DNA from: Camelus ferus
Taxonomy: Eukaryota
NCBI RefSeq assembly: GCF_009834535.1
Contig: NC_045697.1
Coordinates: 90,956,001 to 91,020,000 of the forward strand
Direction: 5' to 3'
Length of the DNA stretch: 64,000 nt
In this document: one piece after another, positions 12,600 through 25,997 of the stretch
Numbering within the stretch: the stretch's first letter is position 1
How the letters are laid out: each line of letters begins with the position of its first letter
Translations under genes and position numbers: made by a program
Notes under the pieces: model-generated
Seen by the model: the letters and a program-made list of their open reading frames with translations, nothing else
What the model was told of the DNA's origin: nothing
Databases searched by the model: none

Positions 12600-13700
12600 T
12601 GGGAGGTATTAGTACTAACCAACAAAATGTTTCCATTTCTTTTCCCATGCACACATAGTAGACTTCCATTTTCCTATTCCTCTGAACTCAGCATGGCCAC
12701 TGAAGTGTGATTGAAGTGATCTGTGTCACTTTGAAGCAAAAGCTTTAAGAACTCACGTACAATTTCTCATGCTCTTTCTTTTTGGTACAGTGACAGAATG
12801 TTTTAGTTATCTATTGCTGCATAACAAACCATCCCAAATCTTAATGACTTAAAACATTAACCATTTTATTATCTCTAATGGTTTGTGGGTTGAAAGGGCT
12901 CATGGGCAGATGTCTATTCTTGCTTGAGTTCTCTCATATGATTCCAGGCAGGTATTATATGGGGCTGGAGTAATTTGGAGGCTCAACTGGGATGCTAGGA
13001 TGGCTGAGCCTTTCTTTCCAGTGTTATCCCAGGGCATCACTTCACATGGCTTCTTCTGCAGAGTAGCCTGATACCTTACATGATGGTTCAGGACTCTGAA
13101 AACCACAAAAGCAAATGCTTCCAGGTCTTTATAAGCCTTAAGCCTGGAAATAACATATTCTGTTGGTAAAAGCCGACACAGGACCATCTCAGTTTCATGG
13201 GGAAGGGAAGTAAACTCCACCTCTTGATGGGGACTGGGGAGAAGAGTGACAAAGAATTTGTGGCCTTCTTTAATCTACCAGCCCAACAGTATTTCACATG
13301 GTGGCTGCTTCCATCAGTCAGGGTCCTTGAATCAGGACAAAGTGGAAAAGAGACCTCAGCTAACACACGTTTGTATGCATGAGAAATACATTTCTTTCTT
13401 TTATAAAAAAAATTTCATTTATTTATTATTATTTAATTTTGGCAGGGTGGGAGGCAATTAGGTTTATTTTAATTTTTTTGGAGGAGGAACTAGGGATTGA
13501 ACCCGGGACCTTGTGCATGCTAAGCATGTGCACTACCACTTAAACTATACGTTCCTCCCAAGAAATACATTTCTGTTGTTCTAAGTCACTGAGTTATTTG
13601 GGGTTGTTTCGTAGCAAATAAAGCCTAATCTATACTAATACAAAAATTGGTGCTGGAAGTAGGGCACTGCTGTAACAAAACTCTAAAATATATGGCACTG
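12600..13700 (+). mobile_element. MaLR (MLT1-type) LTR plus start of internal region, interrupted by a second MaLR LTR (~12799-13272) and a SINE
   Basis: Outer LTR ends ...ACTAATACA (~13640), followed by AAAATTGGTGCTGGAAGT. Inner element begins TGTTTTAGTTATCTATTGCTGCATAACAAAC and ends TAATCTACCA. Confidence 0.7.
13396..13560 (-). mobile_element. tRNA-derived SINE (Vic-1-like) inserted in a MaLR LTR
   Basis: Reverse complement of the same family as 743-890. 14-bp TSD AGAAATACATTTCT at 13382-13395 and 13561-13574. Confidence 0.88.
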
Positions 13701-13861
13701 ACATATGACTATGTTACAAATGCTAGTGGTTGGTTGTTAGCATCCAGCTCTGATTCACTTGTATATCTCCCAGCAAACCTAGCTTAGGAATTGAGCTCAA
13801 TAAATATTTCTTAAATAACAGAGACCGTTTCTTGTAATTCTGTTTTATTTCTCTATTTTAG

Positions 13862-14128
13862 GGGAAAACACTTCTTTCCCACATCAGGTGTTTCTTGAAG
13901 TATGGAGGGGGTGCCACTAACATAACACTCTACTTTATTGCAGCACCACCAGCACGTTTCCTGATGTGTAAGTTTGGCACATGCAGCCCACCTTCTTCCT
14001 CTTTCCTTTCTCATGGGAGCCAGGCCACCCACAGAAAGTGTGCTTTCTGCTCTGCTGCTTCATACCACGAGTTTCACAGAGGTCTGTCAGTGCCAAGGCA
14101 GGCCTGCCCATGCCAAGGGAGGCTTGGG
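13862..14128 (+). pseudogene. Relic exon candidate
   Basis: Acceptor TTCTCTATTTTAG, donor GG|GTAAGC, 267 nt. Chained frame ...SLAHAAHLLPLSFLMGARPPTESVLSALLL...AHAKGGLG has 3 stops. Another frame is fully open. Confidence 0.5.
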
Positions 14129-14453
14129 GTAAGCTAACAGGATAGGCCCTCTGAGGGAACGGGAGCTCCGGTTTGGGAGCTAAGTTCACTGCCAGGCAGT
14201 GACACAACCTGTTGTTTGAACTTTAATTCATAAGAGCAAGAGAGTTCAATGTTGGACGTTAATAATTTTGGACTTTAACATGAAGTTGGTACTAATTACT
14301 TTGGGCTATAATTTGGAAGAAAAAGATAATGTGATCTCTGAATGTTTCACTTCTTGCTGGAAAATTCATATTGGGAAGGCGTCGTAATAAAATCGAGGAC
14401 ATCTTTTTGGCTCTTAATTTTTACAGTATGTTTATGTTATTTGGTCTTTTTAG

Positions 14454-14750
14454 AGCTTCTGATAATGCTGAACAAGTTCGTGGGAAATTTGAGGTGGCAA
14501 ATAGAACAGTTTGTGAATTACAGCCTTGGGTACAGAATAGTATGGGAGCTGATTTAATTGATGTATTGTTCTGACCCATTCAGGACATTCTGGAAACAAA
14601 GCCTACACTTTACCAGTGGCCCCACAAGATTCCACAAAAGAAGTGAAATCAGTATTGAAGTGGCCTTATGAAGATGGCAACAGGACTACCCTAACTGACT
14701 GCTAACTTCTTACCCAAGGGGGATTCACATGTCCCAGGTTGATCTCATGG
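14454..14750 (+). pseudogene. Relic exon candidate
   Basis: Acceptor GGTCTTTTTAG, donor GG|GTAAGC, 297 nt, phase 2-2. Reads ASDNAEQVRGKFEVANRTVCELQPWVQNSMGADLIDVLF*PIQDILETKPTLYQWPHKIPQKK*... 4 of 5 stops are TGA. Confidence 0.55.
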
Positions 14751-15661
14751 GTAAGCTGAAAGGGTTAAGGCAATGATCTTTATACATTTTTGATAACATA
14801 CCACAGAAAATAATTTTTAGGTTTACATGTGAAATTTTTTGTCCTTAATTGCAAAAAAGTGTAATTTCTAGTATAATGTAAATATGAACATTTGAAAATA
14901 AAAAGGGTCATGTCACTTAAAAATGCATTTAATGAAATTAAATCCCATAGAAATTTAAAATCACTATCATCCATTTTTACAGAAACTTTACATTATTCTA
15001 TTTTCTCTTTGAATTTGTATTTTTATTCTACTTCCCCACGGAAGTCTTAAAAATATATTTTATGCTCAAATGTATTTTATTACTTATCCAATCTTTCTTT
15101 TCTGCAATAAAAAATTATTTATAATTAAAAAAAAATTTCTATGACCAAAAGATTCTTAAGTACCAAAAATTTCTTTTGGATTGAGTTATTATTATAATTA
15201 TTATTAGAAACACATAATTGATCATAACTGCATTACAGATTTTTACAAATAATTACTAAAGAGAACTAAAATTTTATTGGAAATATGTCTCAATGAAATG
15301 GATGGAGTTCCCCCTCTCCAGTTAGTTTATGAATGTAATTTTCTGCTAGAAGACAGAATAAGAAAACATGTTGGGGTATTATTAGGTGCAGAGCTTACAA
15401 AAGATGAATAAATGATTGTTGTTAAATGCATTCTTTACAATAGAAAATTATGTATTTAAATCTAAGTTTATTATGTAAAAGAGATGACTAATGAGGTGAC
15501 AGATGGTTAACTGGTGATAATGAGCAGAAGTGTTTGGGTAAAAAAACAAAATGAGTATTGACTTACTGGATTCAGTAATCCTTAGGTGAAAATTAGTGAA
15601 AATATTTTCTCCCAGGGGTTTTGAGTAATTGTTCAAAAAACACTACAATACTTTACTGTAG

Positions 15662-16261
15662 CTCTGATATATGTTCCTTTTACATGTAACATTGATCTGT
15701 TGGAAGGAAATTTGGAATTTTTTAACATCTCTTTCCTTGAAATAATTTGAAATATGCAATTGAAACACATGAGGATGATATCACGTTCTTTCTCATTATT
15801 GAGCAGGTGTGCCTTGCAGCTGATGGGTATTTCCCAGAATGTTTTTCACAAATTTTCCATTTTTGAATTCTGAGATAGATATATGTAACATGAAACTTTA
15901 CTGTGAGTTTGTTACCCATATGAAGTAGGACCCTGTTGCTGTCTCAGCAGTCTTCTTTGACAGCATTAGGGAGTGGAAGAGGAAATGGCATTAGGCAAAA
16001 ATGATCATAACTTCTGCTACCCAACTCTACAATATATCTGAATTCAGAACACCACAACACAGACCAAAATACCCAATTTCTAGCACCATGCTTTTCTCCT
16101 AAAAGAAACATATTTAAGATAAGGAAAGTCAGGAAATCTGCTGCTTATCATGCCTTGATTAAATTAAATATTGACATCAATATTTACAATTGTTCCTTCG
16201 TATGGTGCCTTAGAGGCTTTTTGCACATGGGAGCAGTTTGCCACAGTGAGACCTGTGATGG
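15662..16261 (+). pseudogene. Relic exon candidate
   Basis: Acceptor CTTTACTGTAG, donor GG|GTGAGA. Frame continuing from the previous block gives HLFP*NNLKYAIETHEDDITFFLIIEQVCLAADGYFPECFSQIFHF. Internal frameshift probable. Confidence 0.5.
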
Positions 16262-17689
16262 GTGAGAGGAGAAAAGATTGATTTAAAAAATGATTTGAAA
16301 TCGGAAAGTTGAATTGTTGAGACACCTCAACCTCAGTCATATTTTAGGCAGCTCAATTTTAGGAAAGAGTAGGCGAAATTTCAGTAAATGGAACTGATTT
16401 CCTTAAAATTATCTGTGCTTGTATTCCCCTTAGAAAGTACTTGTAGAATCTCAGGGTAGACTTATTCTAGTTTGGAGATTACTAGATTAAGAGAATAAAA
16501 TTAGGTGAGGAATGTGGTGTAGTTGCAGGGGATTTTATTAACACTCCCAGCTTCTTGGGCCAGCTTTTCCTCTTCCCAGCAAGTAAGATACTAGATGGTA
16601 AGAAACTGGGTAAGAAAGCTCAGCCCCTTGACTAGTCTTATTTTTGGAGTCATACTTATCAGAAATCATGACTTCTAGTCTGTTACTTTATGCTGCAAAA
16701 TTTACAGGGACAAGTTGTGATCTTTTGGTTCTTCTCATCAGAAACTCCTGGACCTACCTGCTACTAAAAATCTGTGTTCTGCTAGAGAACTTCCTTTCAG
16801 TAATCATAATAAAGTCCAAGCCAGTCAGAATTTCCTCTAGTGTATGACAGTAGTTGAATTATGCATGCCAATTTATTACAGAGGATTCAAGAGCCGTTTA
16901 TTCTGCATTAAACTGAAGCTTTAAGCTCCTGGTTTTTGTTTTTTCAATCTAAAAAGCAGCTCATTTTCTATAGATCTAAATGCTTAAAGATTTGTGTCCC
17001 TTTAAAAAGTGCCATTTACTTGAAATATTAAAGATCTATAGGCCCAGAGCTTCTATTACAGTTATCACATCTTTATTTTGCTTTATAATCTTTTCTCATA
17101 TGAGGCCCATGTTTTCTATCATTGCTTTATGAATGTTAAAATCAAAATTTAGCAAGCCAAATAACATACACAGGAAGAAACAGAATGGCAAGCCTGGTTT
17201 CCGTAGAGTCAACCCCTTATTATATTCATCCACCTTCTATGAAACTCTGGTGATAGTATATCTTGAAGAACTAACTGTTTAAAGTTAAGGAGCAAATCTT
17301 TTCCTACTGATCTTAACTCTTCTGATGTTTTATATATATTGCCCACTAATAATAGTCCTTTAGAAAATTACATTTTGAAAACAAACTGCACTCATCCCTA
17401 TGTACAAATCTATGAAATATATACAAAATAGTACTAGGGAAAAAACAAGGACTGAATATAATTTCATGGCTAAAGAACATAGGAAAATTCACAGTAGTAT
17501 TTGTTGTGTTAGTATGCACAGCACTATCAAGTGCTGAGAATGTTCAGGGGCCTCAGTACACCATATCCCTCTTCCTGCCAAGTTGTGAACAAACTGAAAA
17601 ATAGGAAAAAGAATAGACAGCTGAGAACAATCACTCATTGGTGAAGCTGTTGCTAGAGACAAGATGGCACTTCCCTACCTATACCTCAC

Positions 17690-18230
17690 TGATGTCTTTC
17701 CCTTGCAATTAGAATAAAATCTAAGCTCCTTATCATCTGTTCTACACCTACCCTCTGATTGCTCTCCACTCACCTTCCTTGCTCATTATGCTCCAGCCAA
17801 CCTGATTTTCTATCTTTGTTTGAATGCTTCAAGCTCATTCGTACCTAGAGATTTTGCATTTGTTCTTTTTCGTGCCTGGAATTCTCTGCCCCTAGGTTTT
17901 CTCATGGCTGACTGATTCTCATTACTTAGGTCGCAGCTCAAATGTCCATCCCTCAGAGAAGTCATATCCTGACCACACCTCCAAAGAGCTTTCACTTTTT
18001 CTCCCTAACTTTAATTATTCTCTAGCCTGCTTAATTTTCTTCACAGTTTTTAGTACTACCAGAACTTACCTTATTTTACATTTATTATCTGTCCTTCTGC
18101 TAACCCCCAGTAGAATATGATTCCATGATGGGTAGGGTTCATCTGTCTTGTTTCCTGCTGTATCCTCAGAATTTAGAATGAAGGTTGCCATTTAGTGGAG
18201 GGTTATTAGATATTTGGTGAATGAGAGAAT
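17690..18230 (+). mobile_element. LINE-2 3' fragment
   Basis: L2 3'-end hallmarks: AGAATAAAATC, TGCCTGGAATTCTCT, CAAATGTC, terminal TGAATGA. Confidence 0.75.
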
Positions 18231-19778
18231 GACTCAAGGTCCAGATATAGTCAGGAAAGGCCTCCCAAGAGACCTTTACCTTAGAAATTTACCTTAGTTC
18301 AGAGTTGTAGCCCTTTGTTTAAAATGTAAATGTTGGCTTTTGCCAGCACATAGAGGGTTTTTTTTTTCCCTCCAGTGCAGAACTTATATTAACTAAAGTA
18401 TAAGATTGACATATAAAATCCCTTTGCCAGTTTGTTAGTTTTCAGTGAACAATATAACTGTCACATGGACCCAGACTTGCAGTGATATGATCTGTTATGG
18501 GCAGAAAATCATACATAGGACAGGGAATTAAATGAGAAACATTTTGGGAAAACATGGAATACAAGAAAAGTGAAAGAGTTAGATGGCTTGTGTGTTTCAA
18601 GACATTCATTTATTTAACATTCATTATGGATTTCTGACTTTGTTTTATATTCTGTGCTAGGTACCGAAGAATCAACAAGAAATACTATTAAGCACCAGCC
18701 CTTACGGGATGTGTAGTTTAGTTGGAGAGGCAGACCATAAATTGACAATTACAAACCAGTGTCAAAAGTGCTCTTTTTAGGTTAATGTCAGGATGATATA
18801 GGAGGACCTAGAAGGGAAACTAAGCCTTGAGGGATCAAGGTGAACTTCCCAGGAGATGGGATGTTTGAGCCGAGCTCTGAGGAGTTACCCAAGCAGAACA
18901 AGGAAAGGCATGGGGGAAGGGCACTGCTGGCAGAAGCTACAGCCTGAGCAAACGTTTGGAAGCTGGAGAGAGCAGAGCTTTCTAAGAACTACAAGTAGTT
19001 TAGTGAGGTTGGGGCAAGATGGGCTGAGAAGCCTGGCTCTTAGACTCATGGACCTAAGTAGGTCTGGACTTTATCCCTGTAAAGAGTAAAGGGAGCCACT
19101 GAAAGTTTTTCTTTTGATGGAGGGGCAGAGTTCATCATTGCCAGAGTATAGCCAATACCTTGCATTCCTTTCTTCCAAAGAATTTTCCTTGAATATCGAG
19201 GAAAGTCCACGCTCCTTTTCCGAGAACCCACAACTTTCCCTCTGTCCATTCCCAGCCACATACCTGCTGCCCTCCATTCTGCACACTGTGTTCCAGACCT
19301 GTCAAACTTCTCAGCTTTTTGATTCACTTCCCAATATTTAGTTATGCTTTTGTATCCCCCATTCCTGCTAACACTCTTACTCACGCCACTTTCAAAAAAT
19401 GTTATTGGATTAGTCTTCCAAACTATAAAAGCAATATATATTCTTTGCTACAAGCCAAACAACATTGAGATGTGCAAAGAAAGACTTAAAACTCTCTCCT
19501 TTCCTCTCACCACCACACTCATACATGCACAGTGTGCTCTAAAATATGTGTACTTTTAACTAAAATAGATATATGCTATACAGTTTGTACAGTTCTCCCC
19601 TACTCCTCCAACAGGGTATCATGGACATCATTCCAGTACTTGCTGGATGTCAGGCCCTATGCTTTATCTCATTTACCCCACAGCTACCATGTGAGGTAGG
19701 TACTGTTATCTCCAGTGGGTAGACGAGGAACTGAGATGTGATTAATTCGCCCAAGGTGCATGGATTGTGGAAGCAGCA

Positions 19779-20181
19779 TTTTTTTTTTAATTAACAGACT
19801 TTATTTCTTAGAGCAGTTTCAGGTTCATAGTAGAACTGAGCTAAAAATACAGAGAGATCACACACAGCCCTCCCCACCTATGCATATATACACTCCTGCC
19901 CTCAACATCCCTCATCAGTGTGGCATATTTGGTACAATCGATGAGTCAACATGGACACATTATTATCAACCAAAGTCCATGGTATGCATTAGGGTTCATT
20001 CTTGATGTATATTCTGCGAGTTTTGACAAATGCATGACATGTAGCCACCACTATGGTATCATACAGAATAATTTCATTGCCCTAAAAATCCGTTGTGATC
20101 CATCTATTCATTCCTCCCTTCCTCCCTCTCCCCAAACCCCTGGAAATCACAGTTTTTTTTATTGTTTCTGTAGCTTTGCCT
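19779..20181 (-). mobile_element. 5'-truncated L1 (L1MA-type 3' end) inserted into a MIR
   Basis: Poly-T at the left end. 14-bp TSD TTGTGGAAGCAGCA at 19765-19778 and 20182-20195. Confidence 0.8.
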
Positions 20182-20889
20182 TTGTGGAAGCAGCAATTTT
20201 GAGTCCACTCCCTTTTACTATCTTCCAAGTAATGTTATTTTCTTTTTAATAACTGTACAATATTTATACAGATGTCCAGAATTTATTCAGTCATTCCTCT
20301 ATTGATTTATGCTGAAGCTGCCTTTTGCCACTACTAAAATTGCCTCAGGATGTAATTCTCCAAAGTGGGATCTGAGATCAGAGGACATACTTATTTTTAT
20401 TACAGTACACAGACAAATTATGTTCCCAGGATTATGTAGCATTCTTACACCCTCAAGAAACATGGAACAGTGTCTGCTTCCCTGTACCCTCACTAGTCCT
20501 AGTGATACTGATATTTTTAGATTTTGGTGTTTTTTTTAAACACTGATCAGTAGGAACAATGCACCTTTGTTTTGATTTGCATGTTTCTTGACTATAGGTT
20601 AAGTTGAAAATTTTTCTGTGTTTTTGAGATATTTGCATTTCCTGTTCCATGATTTGTCTATTCATTTCCTGTCCTGTCCACTTTTTCTGTTGAGTTGTTT
20701 GTCCTTGATCATTTTTGGCAGGGAAGGAGAATATTTATAGTAGTAGTAATAACCTTTTTTTCTGACGTGTTCAAATATTTTCTCCTCTTCTATGCTCACC
20801 TTTTGACTTTTTTAAGGCATCCTTTACCTTATAGCGATGTTTAATTGTTTTGTGCTTAAATCTGTTGGTCTTTCCTGTCATGGCTTTTG

Positions 20890-21110
20890 GTATTCCTGAA
20901 ATTGATGAGTTTGAGACATCTCTCTCCATTAAGGATTGGAACAGCCAAGGAAGACTTTCCTTGAAGAGTGCTTGACGGGCTTTGATGACTGTTGTCTCAG
21001 ACTTTTTTACCTTTGCTGCTACCTCCCAGTCTCCTTCTGAGGGATCTGTTCTTTCTTGAGATTTGTTATTACATTCAAGCAAAGCCTGGGGATCATTTGT
21101 CACTTATAAA
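20890..21110 (+). pseudogene. Relic exon fragment abutting an old L1
   Basis: PEIDEFETSLSIKDWNSQGRLSLKSA*RALMTVVSDFFTFAATSQSPSEGSVLS*DLLLHSSKAWGSFVTYK. Both stops are TGA. Boundaries uncertain. Confidence 0.45.
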
Positions 21111-21521
21111 AGTCTGCATATTTTTGCTCTGATTCACTATGTACTAATTTTCTGTTTCTCTCTCCTAGTTTTAAGGAACAATCACCATGGGGTCTTCTGT
21201 TTTATGTTTTGAGTTTTGGGTCATTTTCATTCTCTGAGTTCTTAAGCTTTTTAGAGGCAGTTTAGAGGGAGGATATGCCCTTGGTACGAGACCTGTGGTT
21301 GGTGAAGATAAATTGGTAATGGGGAAGTTGTGGGCTTGAGAGCGAGTTCGAATTCTGTCTTTGATTACAGCTGTACCATCCTGGGGAGGTCGTTATAAGC
21401 CTCAGGGCCCTTTTCTGTAAAAAAGGAAGTGATAATAATACTGTTCTGAGGCCACTTTTTGACACAGGATAGGCCTCTAACAGTTAATTTAGACGTCTCT
21501 TCCTTTTTGGTCACATTTCAG

Positions 21522-21977
21522 GAATATTTTAATGAGGTCAGGTCTTCACAAATTACCTTGGTATCCCTTTTGGCGAAACAAGCTTCTTTTGCTGTCAGCC
21601 TGTAAAAGAAGGTTAAAATTTCTGGGCTTTAAAGACTGGAATCCTTTGCAGCTCTCTGGAATGAACTGCCCATATTTCATTATTGAAAAGAGAAACATTT
21701 AAACTCTTAGTGGAAAATGAATTTGAAGCCATTTTACACAAACCATGGCTGAGGACCAAGGATCCAAGATAGAGCATGTGTGGGTTTGGGGGTAGACACT
21801 AGGGAGAAGAGTCTGGTCTGCACTTTTGTGGAGTTCAAAATGTGCGCATAATTAGTTCCAGGTTGTCATTGATGGGCTCATTGAAAAGATCCAGAGTTAT
21901 CATCCAGGCCTGTCCCCTGCCCTTAAGCTGGTGATCACCCATTAGTGAAGACAATTTGTTGAATTGCTTAATTGATG
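21522..21977 (+). pseudogene. Relic exon candidate
   Basis: Strong acceptor CTCTTCCTTTTTGGTCACATTTCAG, donor TG|GTAATC. Reads EYFNEVRSSQITLVSLLAKQASFAVSL*...RLESFAALWNELPIFHY and, after frameshifts, FQVVIDGLIEKIQSYHPGLSPALKLVITH. Confidence 0.45.
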
Positions 21978-23732
21978 GTAATCCTGGATAATAAATAATT
22001 CTAGGGGCTTCGGGGCTAAGTGCTGGGGCTGAGAAGCTAAACAGGAGAAGTGGGTCTCAGGAGAACGTATGCCTGACCCTATGTAATGATCTTCATTCTT
22101 TGCCTCCCACCTCCACATTTAAGGCACCATAGACCTGCTCTTAGATCTGGATCCAATAGACAAGGGGAAGGAGGCCTAAACCAGTTCCTAGCTTAAAAGT
22201 CTTGCTGTCCTTCAATCTCAAGCCTTGAAGTGCTCAGACTTTATGTAGGTATTCAAATTAACTAACATATTTGTTTTTTCTTTTATTTTTTTTCAACTAA
22301 CATATTTGAATGCTATGTGTAAGGCTTTTTATGACAGTTTTAATGAGAATCACATGTTTTTGAAATATTAAATACTAGAGGATATATGTAATTTTTGAAG
22401 GTGAGGGAGCAGGCCAACCTGCAGGCCAAGGAAAGCATATCTGTGGGCTTTGGGGTCTCTAGGCCTACAGTTTCAACTTACAGTACAGTAATTAAATATC
22501 GTGTTGATAGTAGAGTAATCAAAGATAACTGACTAGAAGAATGACTCTCAGTGTGTGTTTTTGGGGATGGGAGGAGACAGCAGGGCATTAGAGTCTGGCA
22601 GGAGGGCATTCTTAAAAGCTGCATAGATCCTGATCTTTCCCGGCCCAGGTGCTTCCCCACTCCCTCCATGGAAAGTCCTAACATTGTCAGCTATGGTTCC
22701 TCTTGAAAGTCCAGAGCATTCCTCGGCTATGCAACAAAGGAGAAAAGAAGCCATGTCACAAGTCTTAGAGCACTATGTTTATGAACTGCTTTCACGTCTG
22801 TCCTTTCCTCAGATCTTTACAACCTTGTGCAGTAGGTGTGATGGTCATTGTCCCCATTTAAAGCTGCCAGAATACACTGAGAGAGGTCAAGTGACTTGTC
22901 CACAGTCACATAGTTTGTAAGCAGTAAACATGAGACTGGATACATAATCTTATAATTTTTAGAGTTTTTCTCTCATGTATAGTTTCACATACTTGTGTCT
23001 ATTTGTTTATCCGTACCACCACTAATTCTTGAAAGGATCTGATGTGGCTCACTTCACTATGACTGGTGACTAGTTTTTGCCATTCCTATGACCAAGCCTC
23101 AGCCGGTCCCCTCCCTGGCTTGGTGTGCTGCCTGGAACCCCAGATGATCTTTTGTGGCTGGGAAATTATCAGGATCTGTGCAGCTTTTAAGTCTCCTCCT
23201 GTTGGACTCTAATGCCTTCCTATCTCCCACGACCCCGCAAACATACACATAGTCGTTCCTCTAGTCCAAAAGTACTTTCACTTATGCTGTTGTCATCAAG
23301 ACATTGAATCTCCCAGACCAATCATACCTCTTGAAACCCTTCTCCATCACCTGCTCTGCTCCTGGGCTCCATTTGAGGGGTTCTGTGTCTCCTTGTTCTG
23401 GCCTATCTTGTCACCCAGTAAGCCTCAGGGGTACACTCTGAGTCTGGGGCTGTCCCTAGTACAGGTGATATGTGACTTAGACATCAGTTGTCTGGAGCTG
23501 GACTAAGTACTCTGACTCATTTTACATAGGCTGCTGAATAGCTGCCAAAGCAGTGGCCTTCTGACATATGAGAAATTTGGATGATAGACGATGGACATTG
23601 TTGGGGGAACTAGAATTTAGGATTCTTCAAGTATTTTCCCTAGTGTAGCTTAAAATGCAACAGTCATGCATCTGGGTAGCACTACCAGAAGAATTTTAGT
23701 AGTTTGAAATTTCTAGGGTTCATTAAATACTG

Positions 23733-23973
23733 CAGTTGACCCTTGAAAACAAAGTGGGGTGGAATTAGGGGAGCCTACTGGTGCAGTAGAAGATCCGCAT
23801 ATAACTTTAAGTCAGCCCTTCCTGTGTATGTCTTCTTTCTCCATATCAGCTGTTCTACATCTATGGATTGAACCAACTGTAGATCATGTTACATCATAGT
23901 ATTTATTATTTTAAAAAATCTGCATATAAGTGGACCCATGTAGTTCAAACCTGTGTTGTTCAAGGGTCAGCTG
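23733..23973. mobile_element. Tigger2-family MITE (MER8-like)
   Basis: Terminal inverted repeats CAGTTGACCCTTGAA / TTCAAGGGTCAGCTG followed by TA. About 240 bp. Confidence 0.85.
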
Positions 23974-25997
23974 TACTTTGAAGAATTCTGAAATGTGCAG
24001 GGTTAGGAGGACATTGTGGCTGTTTTCAACTTTGTCTTTTGAAGGGGTTATTTCTTTCATGTCTGGAAACTTGCCAGGGAGGGACAGTGCGGAGATCTGG
24101 TTATTGCTGAGTCTCTAGGTACTTACAGCAGGACTCTGCATGTCAAGTTTATAAAAAGCTGTTCAGTCTTCTCTTCTCATCTTCCTTCTAAACCATCACT
24201 GTGACTGACCCTGTGTGTTTGACAGGGAGAGAGATAGAGAGACAAAGAGGGAGAGAGAGAGAGAGATACTTAATGACCAAGAAAGCACCAACATGCAGAA
24301 ATGGCTTGGTACAGCCCTGATGTGGGTATTTGTAGGAGGAAATGGAGCCTTTTGTCAGGACCTTGCTTTGCCCAGGGTTGGCTTTGATTACAGTTTTTTA
24401 TCGGAGGTGGCAGATCACCAGAAGGAAGGGTGTGTTTCAGCAGTATCTTGGATTCTTCCTTACTTTACTTGACTTAATTCAGAAACTAGACAACAATTTA
24501 GTGTGTAACTTGTACCATTTCCTTTGCATATAATGAAAGTTTTATTTGAAGTCTTCAGGAGCATTTTTACTGGTTTTCAACAGTGAGAATAATCAAATGA
24601 GAATTGTAAATACTTTTGCAGCCATTTTTACTTGACAAATAGTTTTCCTAAGCTACAGTTTTCTCTCTCTCTCTCTCTGAAATATATAGAGGAGAACTAT
24701 ACTTTTATAGGAAGAATGTGAATTCTTATGCATTTTCACATACTGCTCAAGACCTTTTCGATTTAATGATAGATATTTTAAAAGCAGAAGGGGACTTACT
24801 GATAGGCTGGTCTCCAACTTCTTCTAACAGAAATATAGAATGCAAAGTATTTCTAAGATTATTTGAAACATATAGGAAAATATTTTAAAATTTCTCCTAA
24901 TGACCACATAGAATATCATTTACCTGTCTACTTCAATACAAAGGTGTTGGGTAGCAAGTGAAGGCTGAAGGTGGCTTAGAATAACAATAACAGATAATTT
25001 ATACAGTTATGTGCCAGATCTGTTCTTGTATGTTTGTGTGTAAGTGCATATATATATTTTTTTCACTTAATCCTCATAATAATGTATGGGTCAGGTACTA
25101 TTATTATCAACATTTTACACATAAAGAAACAGAGGTACAGTGAGGTCACACAGCTAGAACCTGATCACTTGTGTCTGTACTATATGGACTCCCCTGCTGT
25201 GTTTTTGCATGGTTCAGCTGAGGATCAAGATTCTCCAGTACTGACACCAGTGCTGAAGTTGGGTCCCTGGCCAGTTCTTTTGTGGGACATGGCTGCTGTC
25301 CCTCAACAGTTCCCATAGGCTGCAATAGCTGACATCTACTGAGTACTTACTGTGTGCCAGGTAATGGGAGAAGTGCTTTACATATAGTATCTCACCACTT
25401 CTCCCAACAGCCTTATAAAGTAGGAGCTGTTTCACTTCCATTTTACATATGAGGAAACTGAGACCTAGAGAAGTTAAGTCACTGTTCAAGATCAATAGCC
25501 AGTAGGGCCAAGATTCACTGTAATGGGGTCCTACTCTACTGCTCAGGAGCAGGGCTCCTAACTTCTTTGGGCTGCTAGTAAAGTCTCTGCCAGCACAAAT
25601 TTTCTGTGTGTCATGACTGTTTTGCTAGGAACTTCCTGAAATTAAGATTTAAGAGTACCTTCAGAAAGAGAAAGCCCAGCTTAACAGGGAACCTGGAAGA
25701 GTGAAGGTGACAGGGACTCTTCCCTTCAGTAGGATATGAGCACATTATGGTGTGTTTCTGTGGGGGAAAGGGAGCACTGACTGTTAAAATGGGAGCTCTC
25801 AAAGTGTTGTAGTTGGTTACATCTTGGCCTTCATCCTTAATCAGTAATTAGCATTTTGTTCTACTTTATCTAATGTACAATGTGTATTTCCCTTTTATTC
25901 ATTCATTTGGTCACTACTGATGCCTTAAATGTTACAGCTGCCTGCTACAACTATGAAGCTCTCACAGAATTACTTGAAAATAGAATCAACTTATCAA

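Noticed and set aside
14760..15630. Very AT-rich block, possible DNA-transposon fossil
   Set aside because: I could not identify termini or family with confidence, so it is left uncalled.
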